The position numbers were made by a program, and so were the translations under genes. A DNA stretch of 64,000 bases from positions 149,638 to 213,637 of the forward strand of contig JBBIIG010000001.1 of NCBI GenBank assembly GCA_037446635.1. The letters run 5' to 3'. The stretch's first letter is position 1. Every line of letters begins with the position of its first letter. This stretch comes from a bacterium. GTDB lineage: Bacteria > Zhuqueibacterota > Zhuqueibacteria > Oceanimicrobiales > Oceanimicrobiaceae. The notes below the pieces were generated by a model. It saw only the letters and a list, made by a program, of their open reading frames with translations. It was not told the origin of the DNA and searched no databases. This document shows positions 49,082 to 58,712 of the stretch, piece after piece.

Positions 49082-50254
49082 ATGGGAAAAACCAAAATTC
49101 AACTCTTCACAAATATCTTTTCGTTCCTGATTATTTTGTACTCACCGCTAAATGCTCACGAAGCACGGCCGCGGGCCAGAGACATTGGCATCGAGGTCGG
49201 CATCTTTCGAACCGGAACCTGGAACGCCATCACTGATGTTGCTGGCGTAACAGTCGGGCACACTACGATCATAAAGCCCGATATCTGCACCGGCATAACC
49301 GCCATCTTACCTCACGGGGGAAATCTTTTTCAAATGAAAACGCCGGCCGCCATTTACGTCGGCAATGGCTTCGGCAAATTGAGCGGGGTTACACAAGTAG
49401 AGGAATTGGGCAACGTTGAAACGCCCATCCTCCTGACCAACACGCTTGGCGTGCCGCGCGTCGCCGACGCGGTGATCGAGTATATGCTGGCGCAAAAAGG
49501 CAACGACGACGTTCGCTCCATCAATCCGGTGGTTGGCGAAACCAACGACGGCTGGCTGAATGACATCCGCAAACAAGTGCTTGGAAAAGATGAGGTATTT
49601 AACGCCATCGATTCGGCGCGAACCGGCCCGGTGGAAGAAGGCTGCGTGGGCGCCGGCGCCGGTGTGATTTGCCTTGGGTTCAAAGGCGGGATTGGCACCT
49701 CATCGCGGCGGCTTCCAAAAAATTTGGGCGGATACACTGTCGGCGTTTTGGTGCAAACCAACTTCGGCGGCAGCCTCGAAATCAACGGCGCCCCGGTGGG
49801 AAGAGAACTCGGCCGCTACAGTTTCAAAAACGACCTCAAATATGAGGAGGGCGACGGCTCCTGCATGATCGTGGTCGCAACCGACGCCCCCCTATCATCG
49901 CGAAATCTGAAACGATTGGCGAAGCGCGCCTACTTAGCTCTGGCCAAAACCGGCGCGTTCTCTGCAAATGGCAGCGGCGATTACGTGATAGCTTTTTCAA
50001 ATTATCCAGCCAATCTAATTGATCACAGCCAGCAAAACAGCGTGAAAAAAATTGATGACCTCCAAAACGAAGCCCTCTCTCCCCTGTTTCTCGCGGTTGT
50101 CGAAGCCACTCAGGAGGCAATTTATAATTCACTTCTTAAAGCGACGACCACCACTGGCCGCGATGGACGCACCGTTGAAGCCATTCCTATCGATCAGGTT
50201 ATCGCCATTTGCAAAAAGTATAATGTCTTGAAAACCCTTTCGAGGTCCGAATAG
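49082..50254 (+). CDS. P1/S58 (DmpA-like) aminopeptidase with signal peptide
   Basis: NAITDVAGV.VGH, NGFGK, PVVGETNDG, FKGGIGTSSR, GS cleavage site before CMIVVATDAP. Confidence 0.92.
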   Translation: MGKTKIQLFTNIFSFLIILYSPLNAHEARPRARDIGIEVGIFRTGTWNAITDVAGVTVGHTTIIKPDICTGITAILPHGGNLFQMKTPAAIYVGNGFGKLSGVTQVEELGNVETPILLTNTLGVPRVADAVIEYMLAQKGNDDVRSINPVVGETNDGWLNDIRKQVLGKDEVFNAIDSARTGPVEEGCVGAGAGVICLGFKGGIGTSSRRLPKNLGGYTVGVLVQTNFGGSLEINGAPVGRELGRYSFKNDLKYEEGDGSCMIVVATDAPLSSRNLKRLAKRAYLALAKTGAFSANGSGDYVIAFSNYPANLIDHSQQNSVKKIDDLQNEALSPLFLAVVEATQEAIYNSLLKATTTTGRDGRTVEAIPIDQVIAICKKYNVLKTLSRSE

Positions 50255-50258
50255 TCGC

Positions 50259-50471
50259 ATGGATTCGTTTGGAAAAATTTTTATTCTGGTCGGCGCCCTC
50301 TTTCTTTTGATTGGCGGGGCATTGCTGCTCTTTAAACATATCCCATTTTTCGGAAAACTTCCCGGCGATATTCTGATTCAAAAGAAAAATTTTACTTTCT
50401 ATTTTCCACTGACAACATCGATACTGCTCAGCTTACTTTTGACGTTGATCTTGTATTTGTTCAAACGCTAA
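50259..50471 (+). CDS. DUF2905 family membrane protein
   Basis: GKLPGDI...FYFPLTTSILLS. Confidence 0.9.
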   Translation: MDSFGKIFILVGALFLLIGGALLLFKHIPFFGKLPGDILIQKKNFTFYFPLTTSILLSLLLTLILYLFKR

Positions 50472-50482
50472 CTCTGCCCTTT

Positions 50483-51814
50483 ATGAAAACGAATTTTAAA
50501 ACCTCCGGCATCTTTTTCAGAACGTTGCTTTTGTTTGCCATTGTCTTTATCAGCAGTGCGATGATACTCCAGGCCGAAGAAGACAAACCCATCGTGCACG
50601 TCATTGAAGTGGAAAGCATCATTGGTCCGGTCTCCGCTGAGTTCATCACCAAGTCCATCATCCGCGCCGAGGAAGAAAAAGCAGAGTGCCTGATCATTCA
50701 GTTGGACACGCCGGGCGGCTTGCTCTCCTCGACGCGCGACATCATCAAAAGCTTTCTTTCCGCTCACGTTCCGATTGTGGTGTATGTCTGGCCCTCGGGT
50801 GCGCACGCCGGTTCGGCCGGTGTTTTCATTTGTTATGCGGCGCATTTCGTGGCGATGGCGCCCAGCACCAACATCGGCTCGGCCACTCCCGTGGATATAG
50901 AAGGCAAATCTGACAGCCTGAGCGCGTTATCGCGCAAAATCACCAACGACGCCGTCGCCCAGATCAAAGGGCTGGCGGAAAAGCGCGGCCGCAACGTCGA
51001 GTGGGCAGAAAAGGCGGTGCGCGAAGCGGTGAACATCCCTGAAAGCGAAGCGCTTGCGCTCAACGTCATCAATTTTATCTCGCCGTCGTTGGACTCGCTG
51101 CTGGCACAGTTGCACGGCCGCGAAGCCGAGGTGGCGTCCGGGAAAGCCACCCTCAAAACCAAAAACGCGCACGTCATCCAGAAGCAGATGAACTTGCGCT
51201 ATCGCATCCTCGAAAAAATCTCCAACCCCAACGTCGCCTACATTTTGTTGATGTTGGGAATTTACGGCATCTTCTTCGAGCTCTCCAACCCCGGCGCGAT
51301 CTTCCCGGGCGTGGTGGGCGCGATTTTTTTGATTTTGGCGTTTTTTGCGCTGGAAACGCTGCCGGTGAATTACGCCGGTTTGCTGCTGATTTTATTGGCG
51401 ATCGTGCTGTTCATTTTAGAAGTCAAAATCACCAGCTTCGGACTATTAACCATTGGCGGAATCCTATCTATGATCCTCGGCTCACTCATGCTGATCGAAC
51501 AACCGCCGGACAATTTTCAACCGGTGGTCTCCATTTCTATAAGCTTGATTATTTCTGTCGTCATTATCACCGCGGCATTTTTTATTTTTGCTTTTGGAAT
51601 GGCCTTCAAAACTCATCGCAAAAAAGTGACCACCGGCGTCGAGGGCATGATTGGTGAAACCGGCCTGGCGCAAACGGCCATCAACCCCCATGGCACAGTA
51701 AAAGTTCACGGCGAAATTTGGAAGGCCGCGAGCTCGCAGCCCATTAAAAAAGGCGAGCGCATTCGTGTGGCGAGTGTAGATGGCCTGACGTTGGTCGTCG
51801 AAAAACTTAATTGA
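50483..51814 (+). CDS. nfeD: NfeD long-form membrane protease
   Basis: LDTPGG, AGSAG, MAPSTNIGSATP, RGRN, GEIWKA OB fold. Confidence 0.93.
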   Translation: MKTNFKTSGIFFRTLLLFAIVFISSAMILQAEEDKPIVHVIEVESIIGPVSAEFITKSIIRAEEEKAECLIIQLDTPGGLLSSTRDIIKSFLSAHVPIVVYVWPSGAHAGSAGVFICYAAHFVAMAPSTNIGSATPVDIEGKSDSLSALSRKITNDAVAQIKGLAEKRGRNVEWAEKAVREAVNIPESEALALNVINFISPSLDSLLAQLHGREAEVASGKATLKTKNAHVIQKQMNLRYRILEKISNPNVAYILLMLGIYGIFFELSNPGAIFPGVVGAIFLILAFFALETLPVNYAGLLLILLAIVLFILEVKITSFGLLTIGGILSMILGSLMLIEQPPDNFQPVVSISISLIISVVIITAAFFIFAFGMAFKTHRKKVTTGVEGMIGETGLAQTAINPHGTVKVHGEIWKAASSQPIKKGERIRVASVDGLTLVVEKLN

Positions 51815-51844
51815 GTTGCAAACACAAACTTCAGGAGGGAGATC

Positions 51845-52612
51845 ATGTCACTCTATTTAATTCTAATTCTTGGCTTAATGCTTCTTTCCAGCGCCGTACG
51901 GGTTCTGCGGGAGTACGAAAGAGGGGTGGTTTTCCGGCTCGGGCGGCTGGTGGGTTCCCGCGGCCCCGGATTGATTTTGCTCATCCCACTCATCGACCGC
52001 ATGGTTAAGGTCAGCCTGCGCACCGTGGCGATGGATATTCCGCCGCAGGATGTGATCACCAAAGACAACGTCTCGGTGAAAGTGAACGCGGTTCTCTATT
52101 TCCGCGTGATGGACCCATCGAAGGCGATCACTGAAGTTGAGGACTATTTGTATGCCACCTCGCAGTTGGCGCAAACTACTCTGCGCAGCGTGTTGGGCGG
52201 GCACGAATTAGATGAAATGCTCGCCGAGCGCGAAAAGATCAACAGCAACCTGCAAGAAATTATCGACAACCACAGCGATCCCTGGGGCGTGAAAGTCACG
52301 CTGGTGGAAATCAAACACGTCGATCTGCCGCAAGAAATGCAGCGCGCGATTGCCCGCCAGGCCGAAGCCGAGCGCGAGCGCCGCGCCAAAATCATCCACG
52401 CGGAGGGCGAATACCAGGCCTCGCAAAAATTGCGCGACGCCGCGGCCGTGATCAGCGATTACCCGCAGGCGCTGCAACTGCGCTTTTTGCAAACGCTGAC
52501 GGAAGTGGCGGCGGAAAACAATTCCACGATCGTCTTCCCGCTGCCTATCGATCTGTTGAAAAATTTTATGACCAGCGACGATTCCAAAAAAGTCCGCGCC
52601 CGCTCTAAATAA
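51845..52612 (+). CDS. Stomatin/SPFH (slipin) family protein
   Basis: [33 protein letters not shown]. Confidence 0.95.
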   Translation: MSLYLILILGLMLLSSAVRVLREYERGVVFRLGRLVGSRGPGLILLIPLIDRMVKVSLRTVAMDIPPQDVITKDNVSVKVNAVLYFRVMDPSKAITEVEDYLYATSQLAQTTLRSVLGGHELDEMLAEREKINSNLQEIIDNHSDPWGVKVTLVEIKHVDLPQEMQRAIARQAEAERERRAKIIHAEGEYQASQKLRDAAAVISDYPQALQLRFLQTLTEVAAENNSTIVFPLPIDLLKNFMTSDDSKKVRARSK

Positions 52613-52640
52613 ATCGCTGGCGTGACTATTTCTGACTAAA

Positions 52641-53939
52641 ATGGATCTCCGAGACAAGCTGCGCCAAATTGAATCGGCGCGCCTCAAAAGGCCGGCCGCG
52701 AGCGGGCCCGAGGTGCGCAGTTTGTCTTATTCCGCCAATTTTGAAGTTGGCAGCGTCCTCACCGGCGATGAAATGCCAACCCCCTTCGGCGCCTTTTTCT
52801 GCTACCGAAAGGATTGCCCGGCAAATTATCGCCACGGCAGCATTGAAATTTCCACCCTTCTTTCCAAGCGCTCCGAGCTGCTGGGCGTGATCGGGCAAAA
52901 CCCGGCTCTCGCCAATCTCGATCTAAAAAAAATCCTTTTCTTTGACACAGAAACCACCGGCATTTCCGGCGGCGCTGGCATGTTGGCGTTTTTAATCGGG
53001 CTGGGATATTTCACGGACGACGGCTTCACGGTGGTGCAGTTTTTTTTAGACGAGGTCCAAGACGAGCGCGCCCTGCTTTACGAATTCAACAACCTGCTCG
53101 CAAACTGTGAGCTGGTGGTGAGCTACAACGGCAAATCGTTCGATGCGCCGCTGCTCGAAACCCGCAACATTTTTCACCGCCTCCATAACCGCTTAAGCCA
53201 GCTCCCCCACCTCGATCTTTTACATTGCGCCCGCAGACTGTGGCGGCAGGCGCTGCCGGACTGCGCCCTCACCACCATCGAAGCGCAAATTTTGAGGCAC
53301 CAACGTTTAGGCGACATCCCCAGCTTTTTGATCCCGCATCTCTATTTTGATTATCTGCGCGCCCGCGACGCCCGTCCGCTGCTGCCGGTTTTTTACCACA
53401 ATCAGCAGGACGTGCTGGCGATGGCGGCGCTGCTGGTTAAGCTGTGCAATTTGTTTGAAAACCCGTTTGAGGAAGCGGAGGCGCCAGCGGTGATTATATC
53501 GTTGGCAAAAATTTTTGAGAACCTCTTTCAGCACGAGCGCGCAATTGAATTGTACAACCAACTGCTGCAAACCCAACTCGAAACCAATCTGCGGCGGGAA
53601 GCGCTGATGCGCCTGGCCTTTGGTTACAAACGAATGGGGGATTGGCCGCAGGCGGCGCAGGCGTGGAAGCGCTATTTAAGCGGCGAATCCTTCCACCCGC
53701 TCCCCTATATCGAGTTGGCCAAATACTACGAACACCGGCAGCAGCGGCTCGACCAAGCGAAGACCTTGGTGGAAAAAGCGTTGACGGAGGTGCAGATCAT
53801 CGAAGGGTTGGGAAGAAAAAACGATTGGCTGGTTTACAAAGAAGATCTGGAATACCGCCGCAAACGGCTGATCAGAAAATTACACGCGCGCCGTCCATCC
53901 CCGGCCTGCGCGCCGCTGCTCGACGTTAGCAGCGAATAG
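52641..53939 (+). CDS. YprB/MrfB-like RNase H-fold exonuclease with C-terminal TPR
   Basis: FFDTETTG, SYNGKSFD, HLDLLH, YHNQQDV, ELAKYYEH. Confidence 0.88.
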   Translation: MDLRDKLRQIESARLKRPAASGPEVRSLSYSANFEVGSVLTGDEMPTPFGAFFCYRKDCPANYRHGSIEISTLLSKRSELLGVIGQNPALANLDLKKILFFDTETTGISGGAGMLAFLIGLGYFTDDGFTVVQFFLDEVQDERALLYEFNNLLANCELVVSYNGKSFDAPLLETRNIFHRLHNRLSQLPHLDLLHCARRLWRQALPDCALTTIEAQILRHQRLGDIPSFLIPHLYFDYLRARDARPLLPVFYHNQQDVLAMAALLVKLCNLFENPFEEAEAPAVIISLAKIFENLFQHERAIELYNQLLQTQLETNLRREALMRLAFGYKRMGDWPQAAQAWKRYLSGESFHPLPYIELAKYYEHRQQRLDQAKTLVEKALTEVQIIEGLGRKNDWLVYKEDLEYRRKRLIRKLHARRPSPACAPLLDVSSE

Positions 53940-53941
53940 CA

Positions 53942-55435
53942 TCAATTGCGTTCCGCGGCGCCATTGGTCATCACGCGATTTTTGCTCATCCCAATCTCAA
54001 GATCAACATACTCCCCTTTCCTCACTTTAACATTGGGAATGATTTTCGTGGCGTAGTCCGCGCTGCGAATTTCAACGGTATAACTTCCGGGGGAAACCAC
54101 CCGATAAAACCCTCCGAAGTCGGCGTCGGTCTTTCGAGAGGCGACGTAATCGGAGGCGTACTCCAGCACCTCAATCTCGGCGGCCAGCGGCGCCTTGGTT
54201 TTGGCGTCGAAGACGTGGCCGCGAATGCCGGTTTCCAGAACTCGGTCCAAAAGATAAAACGCGCCGTTCTGATTTTCCTGCACAATAAACGGGATGCTCT
54301 CTTCGGCGGGGAAATATTCGTTTCCCACTTCGATGATGAAATCGATCACCCGCAGTTGGCCGTACATCCAAATGGAGCTTTGCCCGACGCGCCCGTTGAG
54401 GGGCAAAATCGAATAGCGGCCGCGCCCGGATTGCCGACGAATGTTGGCCGCCATCTCGCTGGCAATGGTCACAATCAAATCGATATCTGGCGGACGCTTG
54501 TAGTTGCCCCACGGAAAAAGAATCGACTCGCCGTAGCTGTGGTAGGAGACGCCGAACACGAAATTTTCGCGAATGGCCAAATTCATAATCGCGCGGGTTT
54601 CGTTTTCCGAAAACGGCAGCCGGCCGCGATAAAACCAACTGCCGGGTTTGCCGTCGCCGCCGTCGCCCCAATTATAATCGTAATTGCGGTTCAAATCCAC
54701 GCCATCGACCAGCGGATTGAACACGCCATCGCCGTCGTTGTCGCGCAAATTTTTTCGCCACCACGGGAACGACAAATTGTTTTCCATCACATATTTGTAG
54801 CCGTCGGGGTTCACCACCGGCACAAACCAGATTTCGATGTTATCAACCCAGCGGGTGATTTGATCGTCGTGGCCATATTTTTCGCAAAGGGTGTTGATAA
54901 TTTTAAAGCAAATGTTGGCGCCAATGGGTTCGCGCGCGTGATGCACACCGGCAAAGAAAACTCGCGGCTCGTCTTCGCGCGTGCGGGCGTTATCAGATAT
55001 TTTGATGGCCCAGATGGGCAGGCGCAGCGTCGTGCTTTCCCCGATCTTCTCAACCAAAACCAGGTGCGGATATTTCGATTTGAGGGATTGGATATCGTCT
55101 TCGATTTCCAAGTGGGTTCTGTAGGAAGGTGGAATTGAAAAATTGCGCCGCGGCGAGTTGGAGTGCACCGTAACCAGAAAGCCGCTGTTTTTGATTCGCG
55201 CCAGCTCGTTTTCGGAAACAACGGCGTCGATATATTTTCCGCCATTACGGCTTTTAATTTTTAAATCGAATTTTTTTAGGCGCAGGGTATCGCGCGGACC
55301 GGGCGTAAAAATTCGCACATCAATCTCGTTCTCTCCGCTTCTTGCATAAAGCGTGGTCAATAAAATGTAGCCCGAAATGAGGGCCAGCAGACTTAAAAGA
55401 AACGTCCGCAACGAATGCAGTGCATGATCCTTCAT
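53942..55435 (-). CDS. Secreted M14 zinc carboxypeptidase
   Basis: HHAREP, VNPDG, WRKN, GVDLNRN, FSENE, SYHSY. Confidence 0.92.
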   Translation of the reverse strand: MKDHALHSLRTFLLSLLALISGYILLTTLYARSGENEIDVRIFTPGPRDTLRLKKFDLKIKSRNGGKYIDAVVSENELARIKNSGFLVTVHSNSPRRNFSIPPSYRTHLEIEDDIQSLKSKYPHLVLVEKIGESTTLRLPIWAIKISDNARTREDEPRVFFAGVHHAREPIGANICFKIINTLCEKYGHDDQITRWVDNIEIWFVPVVNPDGYKYVMENNLSFPWWRKNLRDNDGDGVFNPLVDGVDLNRNYDYNWGDGGDGKPGSWFYRGRLPFSENETRAIMNLAIRENFVFGVSYHSYGESILFPWGNYKRPPDIDLIVTIASEMAANIRRQSGRGRYSILPLNGRVGQSSIWMYGQLRVIDFIIEVGNEYFPAEESIPFIVQENQNGAFYLLDRVLETGIRGHVFDAKTKAPLAAEIEVLEYASDYVASRKTDADFGGFYRVVSPGSYTVEIRSADYATKIIPNVKVRKGEYVDLEIGMSKNRVMTNGAAERN

Positions 55436-55520
55436 ACAAGTCGTCTGGTTTGTTAATGAGGAAATTTCGTTTACTACTTTTTTAAACAACTCAGAGCTTT
55501 TACAAAATTCCGAAGAGAAA

Positions 55521-57044
55521 TTAGAGCATGTTAAAAATGCTGGCGGAATGGTTGCGCAAGAAATCGAACAACCAACGCCAATAGACGCCCAGCACCAGGG
55601 TAGGAATAACCAAAACCGAAAGCAGAACTACGTAATACGGAGATACTGCTATTTTTGAAGTTGTTTGGCCTTCCGAGCTTTCAAAAAACATTGCCTTCAA
55701 AATCCGCGCGTAGTAATAAAGTGAAATAACGCTGTTAATGATTCCAATCACAGCCAAAAAATAATGAAACGACTCACCACGTTGAACCAAAGATGCAAAC
55801 AGATAAAACTTGCCGACAAATCCACCCGTTGGCGGCAAACCAGTGAGAGAAAATAAAAATACCCCCATGGCGACAGCAGGAATCGGCGCGCGCCAGGCCA
55901 GACCTTTGTAATCGTTGATGCTTTCGCTGCGCAGCAAATCCTGGTTGATGATCACCACCAGAAACGCGCCGAGATTCATCAGGTAATATACCGTCAAATA
56001 AAACAGAGTTGCGGAAACGCCCAACTCACTGAGAACAACCACGCCCATGAGGGCGTAGCCGGCGTGGGCGATGCTGGAATACGCCAGCAGCCGCTTGACA
56101 TTGTTCTGCATGATGGCGATCAAATTCCCGAGCGTCATGGTGGCGGCGGAGATCATCGCCAGCAGTTGCGGCCAGTTCAAACCGGAGAGCGCAAACCAGG
56201 CTTCCGAGTCGCCGTTGGTTCCACTTTCGATTAGCGACACATTAAAGAAGCGCAGCAAAACCGCAAAGCCGGCGGCCTTCGGGCCCACCGAAAGCAGTGC
56301 CGTGATCGGAGTCGGCGCGCCTTCGTAAACATCGGGCGCCCAAAAGTGAAATGGCACGGCAGAAATTTTGTAACCGAATCCGGCCAGCATCAACAAAACT
56401 GCAATAAACAACGTTAACGGCTCGGGAGAAGTTGAATTGAGGATGCGGCTGATTTCATAAATGTTGAACGTCCCCGTCAAGCCGTAAATCAAAGACATTC
56501 CGTAGAGCATCAGGCCGGAAGAGAACGCTCCGTAGATGGCATATTTTAAGCCGGCCTCGCTGGAGCGGCGGCGGGTTTTCAAATAGGTGGCGAGGATGAA
56601 CGACACCACGCTCACCATTTCAATCGAGATAAAAATCGTCAAAAGATTGGTGGCCGATGCCATCAAAAACATGCCTAACGTCAGCGCAACAATCAACGTG
56701 AAATATTCGCCCACCGGACGGCCAGACAATTCCACCGAGCCAATCGAAAGGAAAATTGCAAACACGCTCGAGGCGAGAAAGAGTATCTTAAAAAAGAAGG
56801 CAAACGGATCCACCACTAACATGTCGCTGAAAATGGTACGACTGCCCATTTGGTACTGACCTAACACCGCCACGAACGCCGCGAGCAACCCCGCCAACGC
56901 AATGACCGACGTCCATGCCGAGCGCTCGCTCTTCAATAGCAAATCGGCGATGATCAAAACCAGAATCACGCCCGTGAGAATCAGCTCGGGCACAAAATAA
57001 CTCAGACTGCCGATGTTGTGTTGGATGATAGTCGAATAGTCCAT
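55521..57044 (-). CDS. nuoN: NADH-quinone oxidoreductase subunit N
   Basis: SSEAGLKY, KISAVPFHFWAPDVYEGAPTP, KRLLAYSSIAH. Confidence 0.95.
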   Translation of the reverse strand: MDYSTIIQHNIGSLSYFVPELILTGVILVLIIADLLLKSERSAWTSVIALAGLLAAFVAVLGQYQMGSRTIFSDMLVVDPFAFFFKILFLASSVFAIFLSIGSVELSGRPVGEYFTLIVALTLGMFLMASATNLLTIFISIEMVSVVSFILATYLKTRRRSSEAGLKYAIYGAFSSGLMLYGMSLIYGLTGTFNIYEISRILNSTSPEPLTLFIAVLLMLAGFGYKISAVPFHFWAPDVYEGAPTPITALLSVGPKAAGFAVLLRFFNVSLIESGTNGDSEAWFALSGLNWPQLLAMISAATMTLGNLIAIMQNNVKRLLAYSSIAHAGYALMGVVVLSELGVSATLFYLTVYYLMNLGAFLVVIINQDLLRSESINDYKGLAWRAPIPAVAMGVFLFSLTGLPPTGGFVGKFYLFASLVQRGESFHYFLAVIGIINSVISLYYYARILKAMFFESSEGQTTSKIAVSPYYVVLLSVLVIPTLVLGVYWRWLFDFLRNHSASIFNML

Positions 57045-57045
57045 G

Positions 57046-58620
57046 TTATTGCAAACCCAGCAAAGAACCGGTTCCTGTTGCGGCAACAACTTCAACCAGA
57101 TTATTCAACGAAACTTTGATCAAATTCAAAAGCGGCGCCGGATACACACCCAGAATGATAATGATCACCGCCAGCGGAATCAGCGTGAACAACTCGCGGC
57201 CATTGATCTCCGGCAGCTCCGCGTATTTGGGATTGAGCTGTCCGAGAAACATGCGCTGGAACGTCCACAGGAAATAGCCCGCGGTCAGCACGATTCCCAA
57301 AGTGGATACAATTGTGATGGCCTTGAGGTTGAACAGGGTCGAACCGAAGGCGCCGAGGAACGAAAACGCTTCGCTGATGAAACTGGAGAGTCCGGGCAAC
57401 CCGAGTCCGGCGAAGAACGCCACACTCACCACGGCGGCGTAAATCGGCATGCGCACCGCCAGCCCGCCGAAGCCGTCGATTTGCCGGTGGTGGGCGCGAT
57501 CGTAAATGACGCCTACCAAAAGGAATAACATTGCGGTGCCGGTGCCGTGATTAAACATCTGCATCACCGCACCGTTCATTCCCAGCGAAGTCAGGCCGGA
57601 CATGCCCAAGAGCACAATTCCCATGTGGCTGATACTGGAATACGCCACAAGCTTTTTCAGATCCTTTTGCGCCATGGCGCACAGCGCGCCATAGACGATG
57701 TTGATCAACCCTAAAATTGCCATACCGTAAGCGAAGTATTCGTACTTCATGGCGTCGGGCAGCATGGGGAAACTGATGCGCAGCATGCCGTAGGTTCCCA
57801 TCTTCAGCAGCACGCCGGCCAGAATCACGCTGATGGCGGTAGGAGCTTCGACGTGGGCATCCGGGAGCCACGTGTGGAACGGAAACACCGGCACTTTGAT
57901 CGCGAAGCCAATGAAGAGCGCAACGTAAATCAACAACCGAATATTGAACACGTTGAGCAGCCCGCCGTGATTATTCTGATCCATCATATGAAGCATGTTG
58001 AAAGTGTGGCCGCCGGTCACCGGATCGGTGACATTAAAATAAAACACCAGCATCGCCAGCAGCATCAGCACGCTGCCGAACAGCGTGTAGAGGAAGAACT
58101 TGATCGCCGCGTACGGGCCGCCGCGCACCATGCCGTCTTCATCTTTGCGCGAGGGGCTGCCCCAGATGCCGATGAGAAAATACATCGGCAGCAGCATCAC
58201 TTCCCAGAAAATATAGAACAGGAAAAAGTCCAGCGCGCAGAACACGCCCATCATGCCGGTGTCCAACAGCAGGAACATCGCGAAATAGCCCTTCACTCCT
58301 TTGTCGATGCCCCATGACGCGAAGATGCAGAGAAACGAAAGCAGCGCGGTGAGCAACACCATGGGCACGCTCAGACCGTCGATGCCCATGAAGTACTCAA
58401 TGTTAAAAGAAGGAATCCACTGGTACTGCTCGCGGAATTGAATGGCCGTGGTGCCGCGATCGAAATTCAAAAACAGCCAAACTGCCAGCAGCAATTGCAG
58501 GCCGGTGAAAACCGCCGCAATGATGCGAATGACATTTTTGTTTTCTTTCGGCACTGGAAGGATAAACAAAATACCGGCGATGGGCAAAAACGTAATCAGG
58601 GTTAAAACATGATTCTCCAT
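57046..58620 (-). CDS. nuoM: NADH-quinone oxidoreductase subunit M
   Basis: FYIFWE, KVPVFPFHTWLPDAHVEAPT, LLKMGTYG, AYSSISHMG. Confidence 0.96.
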   Translation of the reverse strand: MENHVLTLITFLPIAGILFILPVPKENKNVIRIIAAVFTGLQLLLAVWLFLNFDRGTTAIQFREQYQWIPSFNIEYFMGIDGLSVPMVLLTALLSFLCIFASWGIDKGVKGYFAMFLLLDTGMMGVFCALDFFLFYIFWEVMLLPMYFLIGIWGSPSRKDEDGMVRGGPYAAIKFFLYTLFGSVLMLLAMLVFYFNVTDPVTGGHTFNMLHMMDQNNHGGLLNVFNIRLLIYVALFIGFAIKVPVFPFHTWLPDAHVEAPTAISVILAGVLLKMGTYGMLRISFPMLPDAMKYEYFAYGMAILGLINIVYGALCAMAQKDLKKLVAYSSISHMGIVLLGMSGLTSLGMNGAVMQMFNHGTGTAMLFLLVGVIYDRAHHRQIDGFGGLAVRMPIYAAVVSVAFFAGLGLPGLSSFISEAFSFLGAFGSTLFNLKAITIVSTLGIVLTAGYFLWTFQRMFLGQLNPKYAELPEINGRELFTLIPLAVIIIILGVYPAPLLNLIKVSLNNLVEVVAATGTGSLLGLQ

Positions 58621-58647
58621 GTTTGAATTTCCTCTTTCCTAACGTGA

Positions 58648-58705
58648 AACTCTGACAGGGTTTTGAACTTCCAAAACTTTGACCGTCCTAAACCCTGTCA
58701 GAGTT
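58648..58705. repeat. 16-bp inverted repeat, REP-like, between nuoL and nuoM
   Basis: AACTCTGACAGGGTTT...AAACCCTGTCAGAGTT. Confidence 0.8.
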
Positions 58706-58712
58706 ATTGGTT

